DNA from: Utricularia gibba | Taxonomy: Eukaryota > Plantae > Magnoliophyta | DNA length: 64,000 nt | Reading direction: 5' to 3' | Assembly (NCBI GenBank): GCA_002189035.1 | Contig: NEEC01000159.1 | Location: 16,155-80,154, forward strand | Shown here: in pieces, positions 38,784-52,900 of the stretch | Numbering within the stretch: the first letter of the stretch is position 1 | How the letters are laid out: every line of letters begins with the position of its first letter | Translations under genes and position numbers: made by a program | The notes under the pieces: generated by a model | What the model was told of the DNA's origin: nothing | The model's database searches: none | The model's input: the letters and a program-made list of their open reading frames with translations, nothing else

Positions 38784-39399
38784 TCTGCGTTTTTTCAAAA
38801 TATGGGTTTTCGAGGCGATCTTTTAGGTGTGCCTACGAAGCCTCATGGTTTCCTCGCACACCGTTCGGCATCTCGTCGATATCCTGGTGATGAGTCACGC
38901 TGCGCCCGGCATACCGTTTCGAAGCTCGTTCCGAGCCGGTCATCTTCCGTGTTGAAGCTTCTTCGTCCGAGGATGCATCAGAGCTCGAATTATCGCCTTC
39001 TATTAGCCTTCAGATGCCACAAAGTGGCCACCACGTTCGCGACTGCAAATCGACGCGATTGTGATTTTCGGCTTGCAAAACATCTGCGTTTTTCGGGTGA
39101 TGTGAAATATGGGTTTTCGAGGCGATCTTTGCACATGCTTAGGGTGTGTCCCTACCCGAAGCCTCATGGTTTCCTCGCACACCGTTCGGCATCTCGTCGA
39201 TATCCTGAAGACCGTGATGAGTCACGCTGCGCCCGGAATACCGTTTCGAAGCTTTCCGAGCCGGTCATCTTCAAAATGAGAGCTCGAATTATCGCCTTCT
39301 ATTAGCCTTCAGATGTGCCACAAAGTGGCCACCACGTTCGCGACGATGCGACTTGGAACACCAAAATCGACGTGATTGTAATTTTCGGCTTGCAAAACA
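38784..39399. other. Two shortened monomers (299 and 317 bp) with multiple small deletions
   Basis: TCTGCG starts at 38784, 39083 and 39400. Confidence 0.6.
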
Positions 39400-42300
39400 T
39401 CTGCGTTTTTTCGGGTGATGTGAAATATGGGTTTTCGAGGCGATCTTTGCACATGCTTAGGGTGTGTCCCTACCGAAGCCTCATGGTTTCCTCGCACACC
39501 GTTCGGCATCTCGTCGATATCCTGAAGACCGTGATGAGTCACGCTGCGCCCGGAATACCGTTTCGAAGCTCGTTCCGAGCCGGTCATCTTCCGTGTTGAA
39601 GCTTCTTCGTCCGAGGATGCATCAGAGCTCGAATTATCGCCTTATATTAGCCTTCAGATGCGCCACAAAGTGGCGGAACACAAAATCGACGTGATTGTAA
39701 TTTTCGGCTTGCAAAACATCTGCGTTTTTTTGGGTGATGTGAAATATGGGTTTTCGAGGCGATCTTTGCACATGCTTAGGGTGTGTCCCTACCCGAAGCC
39801 TCATGGTTTCCTCGCACACCGTTCGGCATCTCGTCGATATCCTGAAGACCGTGATGAGTCACGCTGCGCCCGCATACCGTTTCGAAGCTCGTTCCGAGCC
39901 GGTCATCTTCCGTGTTGAAGCTTCTTCGTCCGAGGATGCATCAGAGCTCGAATTATCGCCTTCTATTAGCCTTCAGATGTGCCACAAAGTGGCCACCACG
40001 TTCGCGACGATGCGACTTGAACACCAAAATCGACGTGATTGATTTTCGGCTTGCAAAACATCTGCGTTTTTTTCGGTGATGTGAAATATGGGTTTTCGAG
40101 GCGATCTTTGCACATGCTTAGGGTGTGTCCCTACCGAAGCCTCATGGTTTCCTCGCACACCGTTCGGCATCTCGTCGATATCCTGAAGACCGTGATGAGT
40201 CACGCTGCGCCCGGAATACCGTTTCGAAGCTCGTTCCGAGCCGGTCATCTTCCGTGTTGAATGCTTCTTCGTCCGAGGATGCATCAGAGCTCGAATTATC
40301 GCCTTCTATTAGCCTTCAGATGTGCCACAAAGTGGCCACCACGTTCGCGACGATGCGACTTGAACACCAAATCGACGTGATTGTAATTTTCGGCTTGCAA
40401 AACATCTGCGTTTTTTTCGGTGATGTGAAATATGGGTTTTCGAGGCGATCTTTGCACATGCTTAGGGTGTGTCCCTACCCGAAGCCTCATGGTTTCCTCG
40501 CACACCGTTCGGCATCTCGTCGATATCCTGAAGACCGTGATGAGTCACGCTGCGCCCGGCATACCGTTTCGAAGCTCGTTCCGAGCCGGTCATCTTCCGT
40601 GTTGAAAGCTTCTTCGTCCGAGGATGCATCAGAGCTCGAATTATCGCCTTCTATTAGCCTTCAGATGTGCCACAAAGTGGCCACCACGTTCGCGACGATG
40701 CGACTTGGAACACCAAAATCGACACGATTTGATTTTCGGCTTGCAAAACATCTGCGTTTTTTCGGGTGATGTGAATATGGGTTTTCGAGGCGATCTTTGC
40801 ACATGCTTAGGTGTGTTCCTACCCGAAGCCTCATGGTTTCCTCGCACACCGTTCGGCATCTCGTCGATATCCTGAAGACCGTGATGAGTCACGCTGCGCC
40901 CGGCATACCGTTTCGAAGCTCGTTCCGAGCCGGTCATCTTCCGTGTTGAAAGCTTCTTCGTCCGAGGATGCATCAGAGCTCGAATTATCGCCTTCTATTA
41001 GCCTTCAGATGCGCCACAAAGTGGCCACCACGTTCGCGACGATGCGACTTGAACACCAAATCGACGCGATTGTGATTTTCGGCTTGCAAAACATCTGCGT
41101 TTTTTCGGGTGATGTGAAATATGGTTTTCGAGGCGATCTTTGCACATGCTTAGGGTGTGTCCTACCCGAAGCCTCATGGTTTCCTCGCACACCGTTCGGC
41201 ATCTCGTCGATATCCTGAAGACCGTGATGAGTCACGCTGCGCCCGGAATACCGTTTCGAAGCTCGTTCCGAGCCGGTCATCTTCCGTGTTGAAGCTTCTT
41301 CGTCCGAGATGCATCAGAGCTCGAATTATCGCCTTTATATTAGCCTTCAGATGTGCCACAAAGTGGCCACCACGTTCGCGACGATGCGACTTGGAACACC
41401 AAAATCGACGTGATTGTAATTTTCGGCTTGCAAAACATCTGCGTTTTTTCGGGTGATGTGAAAATATGGGTTTTCGAGGCGATCTTTGCACATGCTTAGG
41501 GTGTGTCCCTACCCGAAGCCTCATGGTTTCCTCGCACACCGTTCGGCATCTCGTCGATATCCTGAAGACCGTGATGAGTCACGCTGCGCCCGGCATACCG
41601 TTTCGAAGCTCGTTCCGAGCCGGTCATCTTCCGTGTTTAAAGCTTCTTCGTCCGAGGATGCATCAGAGCTCGAATTATCGCCTTCTATTAGCCTTCAGAT
41701 GTGCCACAAAGTGGCCACCACGTTCGCGACGATGCGACTTGGAACACCAAAATCGACGTGATTGTAATTTTCGGCTTGCAAAACATCTGCGTTTTTTGGG
41801 TGATGTGAAATATGGGTTTTCGAGGCGATCTTGCACATGCTTAGGGTGTGTCCCTACCCGAAGCCTCATGGTTTCCTCGCACACCGTTCGGCATCTCGTC
41901 GATATCCTGAAGACCGTGATGAGTCACGCTGCGCCCGGAATACCGTTTCGAAGCTCGTTCCGAGCCGGTCATCTTCCGTGTTAAAGCTTTCGTCCGAGGA
42001 TGCATCAGAGCTCGAATTATCGCCTTCTATTCAGATGCGCCACAAAACAAGCACGACGACGACTTGGAACACCAAAATCGACGCGATTGTGAATTTTCGG
42101 CTTGCAAAACATCTGCGTTTTTTGGGTGATGTGAAATATGGGTTTTCGAGGCGATCTTGCACATGCTTAGGGTGTGTGTACTACCGAAGCCTCATGGTTT
42201 CCTCGCACACCGTTCGGCATCTCGTCGATATCCTGAAGACCGTGATGAGTCACGCTGCGCCCGGAATACCGTTTCGAAGCTCGTTCCGAGCCGGTCATCT

Positions 42301-43145
42301 TCCGTGTTGAAGCTTCTTCGTCCGAGGATGCATCAGAGCTCGAATTATCGCCTTCTATTAGCCTTCAGATGCGCCACAAAGTGGCCACCACGTTCGCGAC
42401 GATGCGACTTGAACACCAAAATCGACGTGATTGTAATTTTCGGCTTGCAAAACATCTGCGTTTTTTCGGGTGATGTGAAATATGGGTTTTCGAGGCGATC
42501 TTTGCACATGCTTAGGTGTGTCCCTACCGAAGCCTCATGGTTTCCTCGCACACCGTTCGGCATCTCGTCGATATCCTGAAGACCGTGATGAGTCACGCTG
42601 CGCCCGGCATACCGTTTCGAAGCTCGTTCCGAGCCGGTCATCTTCCGTGTTTAAAGCTTCTTCGTCCGAGGATGCATCAGAGCTCGAATTATCGCCTTCT
42701 ATTAGCCTTCAGATGTGCCACAAAGTGGCCACCACGTTCGCGACGATGCGACTTGGAACACCAAAATCGACGCGATTGTGATTTTCGGCTTGCAAAACAT
42801 CTGCGTTTTTTCGGGTGATGTGAAATATGGGTTTTCGAGGCGATCTTTGCACATGCTTAGGTGTGTTCCTACCCGAAGCCTCATGGTTTCCTCGCACACC
42901 GTTCGGCATCTCGTCGATATCCTGAAGACCGTGATGAGTCACGCTGCGCCCGGCATACCGTTTCGAAGCTCGTTCCGAGCCGGTCATCTTCCGTGTTGAA
43001 AGCTTCTTCGTCCAGAGGATGCATCAGAGCTCGAATTATCGCCTTCTATTAGCCTTCAGATGTGCCACAAAGTGGCCACCACGTTCGCGACGATGCGACT
43101 TGGAACACCAAAATCGACTGATTGTAATTTTCGGCTTGCAAAACA

Positions 43146-43704
43146 TCTGCGTTTTTTCGGGTGATGTGAAATATGGGTTTTCGAGGCGATCTTTGCACAT
43201 GCTTAGGGTGTGTCCCTACCGAAGCCTCATGGTTTCCTCGCACACCGTTCGGCATCTCGTCGATATCCTGAAGACCGTGATGAGTCACTGCGCCCGGCAT
43301 ACCGTTTCGAAGCTCGTTCCGAGCCGGTCATCTTTGAAAATGCATCAGAGCTCGAATTATCGATTAGCCTTTGCCACGTTCGCGACGATGCGACTTGGAA
43401 CACCAAAATCGACGCGATTGTATTTTCGGCTTGCAAAACATCTGCTCTGATGTGAAATATGGGTTTTCGAGGCGATCTTTGCACATGCTTAGGGTGACCG
43501 AAGCCTGGTTTCCTCGCACACCGTTCGGCATCTCGTCGATATCCTGAAGACCTCCATTTCAGTCTCTTCCGTTGAAGCTTCTTCGTCCGAGGATGCATCA
43601 GAGCTCGAATTATCGCCTTCTATTAGCCTTCAGATGCGCCACAAAGTTGGTTCGACGACTTGAACACCAAATCGACGCGATTGTGATTTTCGGCTTGCAA
43701 AACA
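43146..43704. other. Two shortened, degraded monomers (295 and 264 bp)
   Basis: Monomer starts at 43146, 43441 and 43705, with several 10-40 bp gaps and garbled joins. Confidence 0.6.
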
Positions 43705-46700
43705 TCTGCGTTTTTTCGGGTGATGTGAAATATGGGTTTTCGAGGCGATCTTTGCACATGCTTAGGGTGTGTCCCTACTCGAAGCCTCATGGTTTCCTCG
43801 CACACCGTTCGGCATCTCGTCGATATCCTGAAGACCGTGATGAGTCACGCTGCGCCGTTTTGGAAGCTCGTTCCGAGCCGGTCATCTTCCGTGTTTTAAA
43901 GCTTCTTTCGTCCGAGGATGCATCAGAGCTCGAATTATCGCCTTCTATTAGCCTTCAGATGTGCCACAAAGTGGCCACCGTTCGCGACGATGCGACTTGG
44001 AACACCAAAATCGACACGATTGTGATTTTCGGCTTGCAAAACATCTGCGTTTTTTTTCTGTGAAATATGGGTTTTCGAGGCGATCTTTGCACATGCTTAG
44101 GTGTGTCCCTACCCGAAGCCTCATGGTTCCTCGCACACCGCTCGGCATCTCGTCGATATCCTGAAGACCGTGATGAGTCACGCTGCGCCCGGCATACCGT
44201 TTCGAAGCTCGTTCCGAGCCGGTCATCTTCCGTGTTGAAAGCTTCTTCGTCCGAGGATGCATCAGAGCTCGAATTATCGCCTTATATTAGCCTTCAGATG
44301 TGCCACAAAGTGGCCACCACGTTCGCGACGATGCGACTTGAACACCAAATCGACGCGATTGTAATTTTCGGCTTGCAAAACATCTGCGTTTTTTTCGGTG
44401 ATGTGAAATATGGGTTTTCGAGGCGATCTTTGCACATGCTTAGGGTGTGTCCTACCCGAAGCCTCATGGTTTCCTCGCACACCGTTCGGCATCTCGTCGA
44501 TATCCTGAAGACCGTGATGAGTCACGCTGCGCCCGGAATACCGTTTCGAAGCTCGTTCCGAGCCGGTCATCTTCCGTGTTGAAAGCTTCTTCGTCCGAGG
44601 ATGCATCAGAGCTCGAATTATCGCCTTCTATTAGCCTTCAGATGCGCCACAAAGTGGCCACCACGTTCGCGACGATGCGACTTGAACACCAAAATCGACG
44701 CGATTGTGATTTTCGGCTTGCAAAACATCTGCGTTTTTTGGTGATGTGAAATATGGGTTTTCGAGGCGATCTTTGCACATGCTTAGGGTGTGTCCCTACC
44801 CGAAGCCTCATGGTTTCCTCGCACACCGTTCGGCATCTCGTCGATATCCTGAAGACCGTGATGAGTCACGCTGCGCCCGGAATACCGTTTCGAAGCTCGT
44901 TCCGAGCCGGTCATCTTCCGTGTTGAAGCTTCTTCGTCCGAGGATGCATCAGAGCTCGAATTATCGCCTTATATTAGCCTTCAGATGTGCCACAAAGTGG
45001 CCACCACGTTCGCGACGATGCGACTTGGAACACCAAAATCGACGATTTGATTTTCGGCTTGCAAAACATCTGCGTTTTTTCGGGTGATGTGAAATATGGG
45101 TTTTCGAGGCGATCTTTGCACATGCTTAGGGTGTGTCCCTACCCGAAGCCTCATGGTTTCCTCGCACACCGTTCGGCATCTCGTCGATATCCTGAAGACC
45201 GTGATGAGTCACGCTGCGCCCGGCATACCGTTTCGAAGCTCGTTCCGAGCCGGTCATCTTCCGTGTTTAAAGCTTCTTCGTCCGAGGATGCATCAGAGCT
45301 CGAATTATCGCCTTCTATTAGCCTTCAGATGTGCCACAAAGTGGCCACCACGTTCGCGACGATGCGACTTGGAACACCAAAATCGACGCGATTGTGATTT
45401 TCGGCTTGCAAAACATCTGCGTTTTTTCGGGTGATGTGAAATATGGGTTTTCGAGGCGATCTTTGCACATGCTTAGGTGTGTCCCTACCCGAAGCCTCAT
45501 GGTTTCCTCGCACACCGTTCGGCATCTCGTCGATATCCTGAAGACCGTGATGAGTCACGCTGCGCCCGGAATACCGTTTCGAAGCTCGTTCCGAGCCGGT
45601 CATCTTCCGTGTTGAATGCTTCTTCGTCCGAGATGCATCAGAGCTCGAATTATCGCCTTATATTAGCCTTCAGATGTGCCACAAAGTGGCCACCACGTTC
45701 GCGACGATGCGACTTGAACAAATCGACGCGATTGTGATTTTCGGCTTGCAAAACATCTGCGTTTTTTGGGTGATGTGAAATATGGGTTTTCGAGGCGATC
45801 TTTGCACATGCTTAGGGTGTGTCCCTACCGAAGCCTCATGGTTTCCTCGCACACCGTTCGGCATCTCGTCGATATCCTGAAGACCGTGATGAGTCACGCT
45901 GCGCCCGGGCATACCGTTTCGAAGCTCGTTCCGAGCCGGTCATCTTCCGTGTTTGAAGCTTCTTCGTCCGAGGATGCATCAGAGCTCGAATTATCGCCTT
46001 CTATTAGCCTTCAGATGCGCCACAAAGTGGCCACCACGTTCGCGACGATGCGACTTGGAACACCAGAATCGACGCGATTGTGATTTTCGGCTTGCAAAAC
46101 ATCTGCGTTTTTTGGGTGATGTGAAATATGGGTTTTCGAGGCGATCTTTGCACATGCTTAGGGTGTGTCCTACCCGAAGCCTCATGGTCCTCGCACACCG
46201 TCGGCATCTCGTCGATATCCTGAAGACCGATGAGTCACGCTGCGCCCGGCATACCGTTTCGAAGCTCGTTCCGAGCCGGTCATCTTCCGTGTTGAAAAGC
46301 TTCTTCGTCCGAGGATGCATCAGAGCTCGAATTATCGCCTTTCTATTAGCCTTCAGATGTGCCACAAAGTGGCCACCACGTTCGCGACGATGCGACTTGG
46401 AACACCAAATCGACGCGATTGAATTTTCGGCTTGCAAACATCTTTTCGGGTGATGTGAAATATGGTTTTCGAGGCGATCTTTGCACATGCTTAGGGTGTC
46501 CCTACCCGAAGCCTCATGGTTTCCTCGCACACCGTTCGGCATCTCGTCGATATCCTGAAGACCGTGATGAGTCACGCTGCGCCCGGCATACCGTTTCGAA
46601 GCTCGTTCCGAGCCGGTCATCTTCCGTGTTGAAGCTTCTTCGTCCGAGGATGCATCAGAGCTCGAATTATCGCCTTATTAGCCTTCAGATGTGCACAAAG

Positions 46701-49700
46701 TGGCCACCACGTTCGCGACGATGCGACTTGAACACCAAAATCGACGTGATTGTAATTTTCGGCTTGCAAAACATCTGCGTTTTTTCGGGTGATGTGAAAT
46801 ATGGGTTTTCGAGGCGATCTTTGCACATGCTTAGGTGTGTCCCTACTCGAAGCCTCATGGTTTCCTCGCACACCGTTCGGCATCTCGTCGATATCCTGAA
46901 GACCGTGATGAGTCACGCTGCGCCCGGAATACCGTTTCGAAGCTCGTTCCGAGCCGGTCATCTTCCGTGTTGAAGCTTCTTCGTCCGAGATGCATCAGAG
47001 CTCGAATTATCGCCTTCTATTAGCCTTCAGATGCGCCACAAAGTGGCCACCACGTTCGCGACGATGCGACTTGAACACCAAAATCGACGCGATTGTGATT
47101 TTCGGCTTGCAAAACATCTGCGTTTTTGGGTGATGTGAAATATGGGTTTTCGAGGCGATCTTTGCACATGCTTAGGGTGTGTCCCTACCCGAAGCCTCAT
47201 GGTTTCCTCGCACACCGTTCGGCATCTCGTCGATATCCTGAAGACCGTGATGAGTCACGCTGCGCCCGGAATACCGTTTCGAAGCTCGTTCCGAGCCGGT
47301 CATCTTCCGTGTTGAATGCTTCTTCGTCCGAGGATGCATAAGAGCTCGAATTATCGCCTTATATTAGCCTTCAGATGTGCCACAAAGTGGCCACCACGTT
47401 CGCGACGATGCGACTTGGAACACCAAAATCGACGTGATTGTAATTTTCGGCTTGCAAAACATCTGCGTTTTTTCGGTGATGTGAAAAATGGGTTTTCGAG
47501 GCGATCTTTGCACATGCTTAGGGTGTGTCCCTACCGAAGCCTCATGGTTTCCTCGCACACCGTTCGGCATCTCGTCGATATCCTGAAGACCGTGATGAGT
47601 CACGCTGCGCCCGGAATACCGTTTCGAAGCTCGTTCCGAGCCGGTCATCTTCCGTGTTTAAAGCTTCTTCGTCCGAGGATGCATCAGAGCTCGAATTATC
47701 GCCTTCTATTAGCCTTCAGATGTGCCACAAAGTGGCCACCACGTTCGCGACGATGCGACTTGGAACACCAAAATCGACGCGATTGTGATTTTCGGCTTGC
47801 AAAACATCTGCGTTTTTTCGGGTGATGTGAAATATGGGTTTTCGAGGCGATCTTTGCACATGCTTAGGGTGTGTCCCTACTCGAAGCCTCATGGTTTCCT
47901 CGCACACCGTTCGGCATCTCGTCGATATCCTGAAGACCGTGATGAGTCACGCTGCGCCCGGAATACCGTTTCGAAGCTCGTTCCGAGCCGGTCATCTTCC
48001 GTGTTGAAGCTTCTTCGTCCGAGGATGCATCAGAGCTCGAATTATCGCCTTCTATTAGCCTTCAGATGCGCCACAAAGTGGCCACCACGTTCGCGACGAT
48101 GCGACTTGGAACACCAAAATCGACGCGATTGTAATTTTCGGCTTGCAAAACATCTGCGTTTTTTGGGTGATGTGAAATATGGGTTTTCGAGGCGATCTTT
48201 GCACATGCTTAGGGTGTGTCCCTACCCGAAGCCTCATGGTTTCCTCGCACACCGTTCGGCATCTCGTCGATATCCTGAAGACCGTGATGAGTCACGCTGC
48301 GCCCAATACCGTTTCGAAGCTCGTTCCGAGCCGGTCATCTTCCGTGTTTAAGCTTCTTCGTCCGAGGATGCATCAGAGCTCGAATTATCGCCTTCTATTA
48401 GCCTTCAGATGTGCCACAAAGTGGCCACCACGTTCGCGACGATGCGACTTGGAACACCAAAATCGACGCGATTGTGATTTTCGGCTTGCAAAACATCTGC
48501 GTTTTTTGGGTGATGTGAAATATGGTTTTCGAGGCGATCTTGCACATGCTTAGGTGTGTCCCTACCGAAGCCTCATCATGGTTCCTCGCACACCGTTCGG
48601 CATCTCGTCGATATCCTGAAGACCGTGATGAGTCACGCTGCGCCCGGAATACCGTTTCGAAGCTCGTTCCGAGCCGGTCATCTTCCGTTTGAAAGCTTCT
48701 TCGTCCGAGGATGCATAAGAGCTCGAATTATCGCCTTCTATTAGCCTTCAGATGTGCCACAAAGTGGCCACCACGTTCGCGACGATGCGACTTGAACACC
48801 AGAATCGACGCGATTGTAATTTTCGGCTTGCAAAACATCTGCGTTTTTGGGTGATGTGAAATATGGGTTTTCGAGGCGATCTTGCACATGCTTAGGGTGT
48901 GTCCCTACCCGAAGCCTCATGGTTTCCTCGCACACCGTTCGGCATCTCGTCGATATCCTGAAGACCGTGATGAGTCACGCTGCGCCCGGAATACCGTTTC
49001 GAAGCTCGTTCCGAGCCGGTCATCTTCCGTGTTGAATGCTTCTTCGTCCGAGGATGCATCAGAGCTCGAATTATCGCCTTATATTAGCCTTCAGATGTGC
49101 CACAAAGTGGCCACCACGTTCGCGACGATGCGACTTGGAACACCAAAATCGACGTGATTGTGATTTTCGGCTTGCAAAACATCTGCGTTTTTTCGGGTGA
49201 TGTGAAATATGGGTTTTCGAGGCGATCTTTGCACATGCTTAGGTGTGTCCCTACCGAAGCCTCATGGTTTCCTCGCACACCGTTCGGCATCTCGTCGATA
49301 TCCTGAAGACCGTGATGAGTCACGCTGCGCCCGGAATACCGTTTCGAAGCTCGTTCCGAGCCGGTCATCTTCCGTGTTGAAAGCTTCTTCGTCCGAGGAT
49401 GCATCAGAGCTCGAATTATCGCCTTCTATTAGCCTTCAGATGTGCCACAAAGTGGCCACCACGTTCGCGACGATGCGACTTGGAACACCAAAATCGACGT
49501 GATTGTAATTTTCGGCTTGCAAAACATCTGCGTTTTTTCGGGTGATGTGAAATATGGGTTTTCGAGGCGATCTTTGCACATGCTTAGGGTGTGTCCCTAC
49601 CGAAGCCTCATGGTTTCCTCGCACACCGTTCGGCATCTCGTCGATATCCTGAAGACCGTGATGAGTCACGCTGCGCCCGGGCATACCGTTTCGAAGCTCG

Positions 49701-49900
49701 TTCCGAGCCGGTCATCTTCCGTGTTTAAGCTTCTTCGTCCGAGGATGCATCAGAGCTCGAATTATCGCCTTCTATTAGCCTTCAGATGTGCCACAAAGTG
49801 GCCACCACGTTCGCGACGATGCGACTTGGAACACCAAAATCGACGCGATTGTGATTTTCGGCTTGCAAAACATCTGCGTTTTTTCGGGTGATGTGAAATA

Positions 49901-52900
49901 TGGGTTTTCGAGGCGATCTTTTGCACATGCTTAGGGTGTGTCCCTACCGAAGCCTCATGGTTTCCTCGCACACCGTTCGGCATCTCGTCGATATCCTGAA
50001 GACCGTGATGAGTCACGCTGCGCCCGGAATACCGTTTCGAAGCTCGTTCCGAGCCGGTCATCTTCCGTGTTGAAAGCTTCTTCGTCCGAGGATGCATCAG
50101 AGCTCGAATTATCGCCTTCTATTAGCCTTCAGATGTGCCACAAAGTGGCCACCACGTTCGCGACGATGCGACTTGTAACACCAGAATCGACGCGATTGTG
50201 ATTTTCGGCTTGCAAAACATCTGCGTTTTTTCGGGTGATGTGAAATATGGGTTTTCGAGGCGATCTTTGCACATGCTTAGGGTGTCCCTACCCGAAGCCT
50301 CATGGTTTCCTCGCACACCGTTCGGCATCTCGTCGATATCCTGAAGACCGTGATGAGTCACGCTGCGCCCGGCATACCGTTTCGAAGCTCGTTCCGAGCC
50401 GGTCATCTTCCGTGTTTAAAGCTTCTTCGTCCGAGGATGCATCAGAGCTCGAATTATCGCCTTCTATTAGCCTTCAGATGTGCCACAAAGTGGCCACCAC
50501 GTTCGCGACGATGCGACTTGGAACACCAAATCGACGCGATTGTGATTTTCGGCTTGCAAAACATCTGCGTTTTTTCGGGTGATGTGAAATATGGGTTTTC
50601 GAGGCGATCTTTGCACATGCTTAGGGTGTGTCCTACTGAAGCCTCATGGTTTCCTCGCACACCGTTCGGCATCTCGTCGATATCCTGAAGACCGTGATGA
50701 GTCACGCTGCGCCCGGAATACCGTTTCGAAGCTCGTTCCGAGCCGGTCATCTTCCGTGTTGAAAGCTTCTTCGTCCGAGGATGCATCAGAGCTCGAATTA
50801 TCGCCTTCTATTAGCCTTCAGATGTGCCACAAAGTGGCCACCACGTTCGCGACGATGCGACTTGGAACACCAAATCGACGCGATTGTATTTTCGGCTTGC
50901 AAAACATCTGCGTTTTTTGGGTGATGTGAAATATGGGTTTTCGAGGCGATCTTTGCACATGCTTAGGGTGTGTCCTACCCGAAGCCTCATGGTTTCCTCG
51001 CACACCGTTCGGCATCTCGTCGATATCCTGAAGACCGTGATGAGTCACGCTGCGCCCGGAATACCGTTTCGAAGCTCGTTCCGAGCCGGTCATCTTCCGT
51101 GTTGAAAGCTTCTTCGTCCGAGGATGCATCAGAGCTCGAATTATCGCCTTCTATTAGCCTTCAGATGTGCCACAAAGTGGCCACCACGTTCGCGACGATG
51201 CGACTTGGAACACCAAATCGACGCGATTGTGATTTTCGGCTTGCAAAACATCTGCGTTTTTTCGGGTGATGTGAAATATGGGTTTTCGAGGCGATCTTTG
51301 CACATGCTTAGGGTGTGTCTACCCGAAGCCTCATGGTTTCCTCGCACACCGTTCGGCATCTCGTCGATATCCTGAAGACCGTGATGAGTCACGCTGCGCC
51401 CGGCATACCGTTTCGAAGCTCGTTCCGAGCCGGTCATCTTCCGTGTTTAAAGCTTCTTCGTCCGAGGATGCATCAGAGCTCGAATTATCGCCTTCTATTA
51501 GCCTTCAGATGTGCCACAAAGTGGCCACCACGTTCGCGACGATGCGACTTGGAACACCAAATCGACGCGATTGTATTTTCGGCTTGCAAAAATCTGCGTT
51601 TTTTTGGTGATGTGAAATATGGGTTTTCGAGGCGATCTTTGCACATGCTTAGGGTGTGTCCCTACCCGAAGCCTCATGGTTTCCTCGCACACCGTTCGGC
51701 ATCTCGTCGATATCCTGAAGACCGTGATGAGTCACGCTGCGCCCGGAATACCGTTTCGAAGCTCGTTCCGAGCCGGTCATCTTCCGTGTTGAAAGCTTCT
51801 TCGTCCGAGGATGCATCAGAGCTCGAATTATCGCCTTCTATTAGCCTTCAGATGTGCCACAAAGTGGCCACCACGTTCGCGATGCGACTTGGAACACCAA
51901 ATCGACGCGATTGTATTTTCGGCTTGCAAAACATCTGCGTTTTTTCGGTGATGTGAAATATGGGTTTTCGAGGCGATCTTTGCACATGCTTAGGGTGTGT
52001 CCCTACTGAAGCCTCATGGTTTCCTCGCACACCGTTCGGCATCTCGTCGATATCCTGAAGACCGTGATGAGTCACGCTGCGCCCGGAATACCGTTTCGAA
52101 GCTCGTTCCGAGCCGGTCATCTTCCGTGTTGAAAGCTTCTTCGTCCGAGGATGCATCAGAGCTCGAATTATCGCCTTCTATTAGCCTTCAGATGTGCCAC
52201 AAAGTGGCCACCACGTTCGCGACGATGCGACTTGTAACACCAGAATCGACGCGATTGTGATTTTCGGCTTGCAAAACATCTGCGTTTTTTGGGTGATGTG
52301 AAATATGGGTTTTCGAGGCGATCTTGCACATGCTTAGGGTGTGTCCCTACCGAAGCCTCATGGTTTCCTCGCACACCGTTCGGCATCTCGTCGATATCCT
52401 GAAGACCGTGATGAGTCACGCTGCGCCCGGAATACCGTTTCGAAGCTCGTTCCGAGCCGGTCATCTTCCGTGTTGAAAGCTTCTTCGTCCGAGGATGCAT
52501 CAGAGCTCGAATTATCGCCTTCTATTAGCCTTCAGATGCGCCACAAAGTGGCCACCACGTTCGCGACGATGCGACTTGGAACACCAAATCGACGTGATTG
52601 TGATTTTCGGCTTGCAAAACATCTGCGTTTTTTCGGGTGATGTGAAATATGGGTTTTCGAGGCGATCTTTGCACATGCTTAGGGTGTGTCCCTACTGAAG
52701 CCTCATGGTTTCCTCGCACACCGTTCGGCATCTCGTCGATATCCTGAAGACCGTGATGAGTCACGCTGCGCCCGGCATACCGTTTCGAAGCTCGTTCCGA
52801 GCCGGTCATCTTCCGTGTTTAAAGCTTCTTCGTCCGAGGATGCATCAGAGCTCGAATTATCGCCTTCTATTAGCCTTCAGATGCGCCACAAAGTGGCCAC

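Larger units (their letters stand above)
32751..49900 (+). repeat. Satellite domain C (same subfamily as A)
   Basis: A-type alleles return immediately after the junction (ATGTGCC, CTTGGAAC, ACCAAAAT, GTAAT, GACGTG). CCTTATATT, GAATGC and GCATAAG recur up to ~49.1 kb. The right boundary is gradual. Confidence 0.75.
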
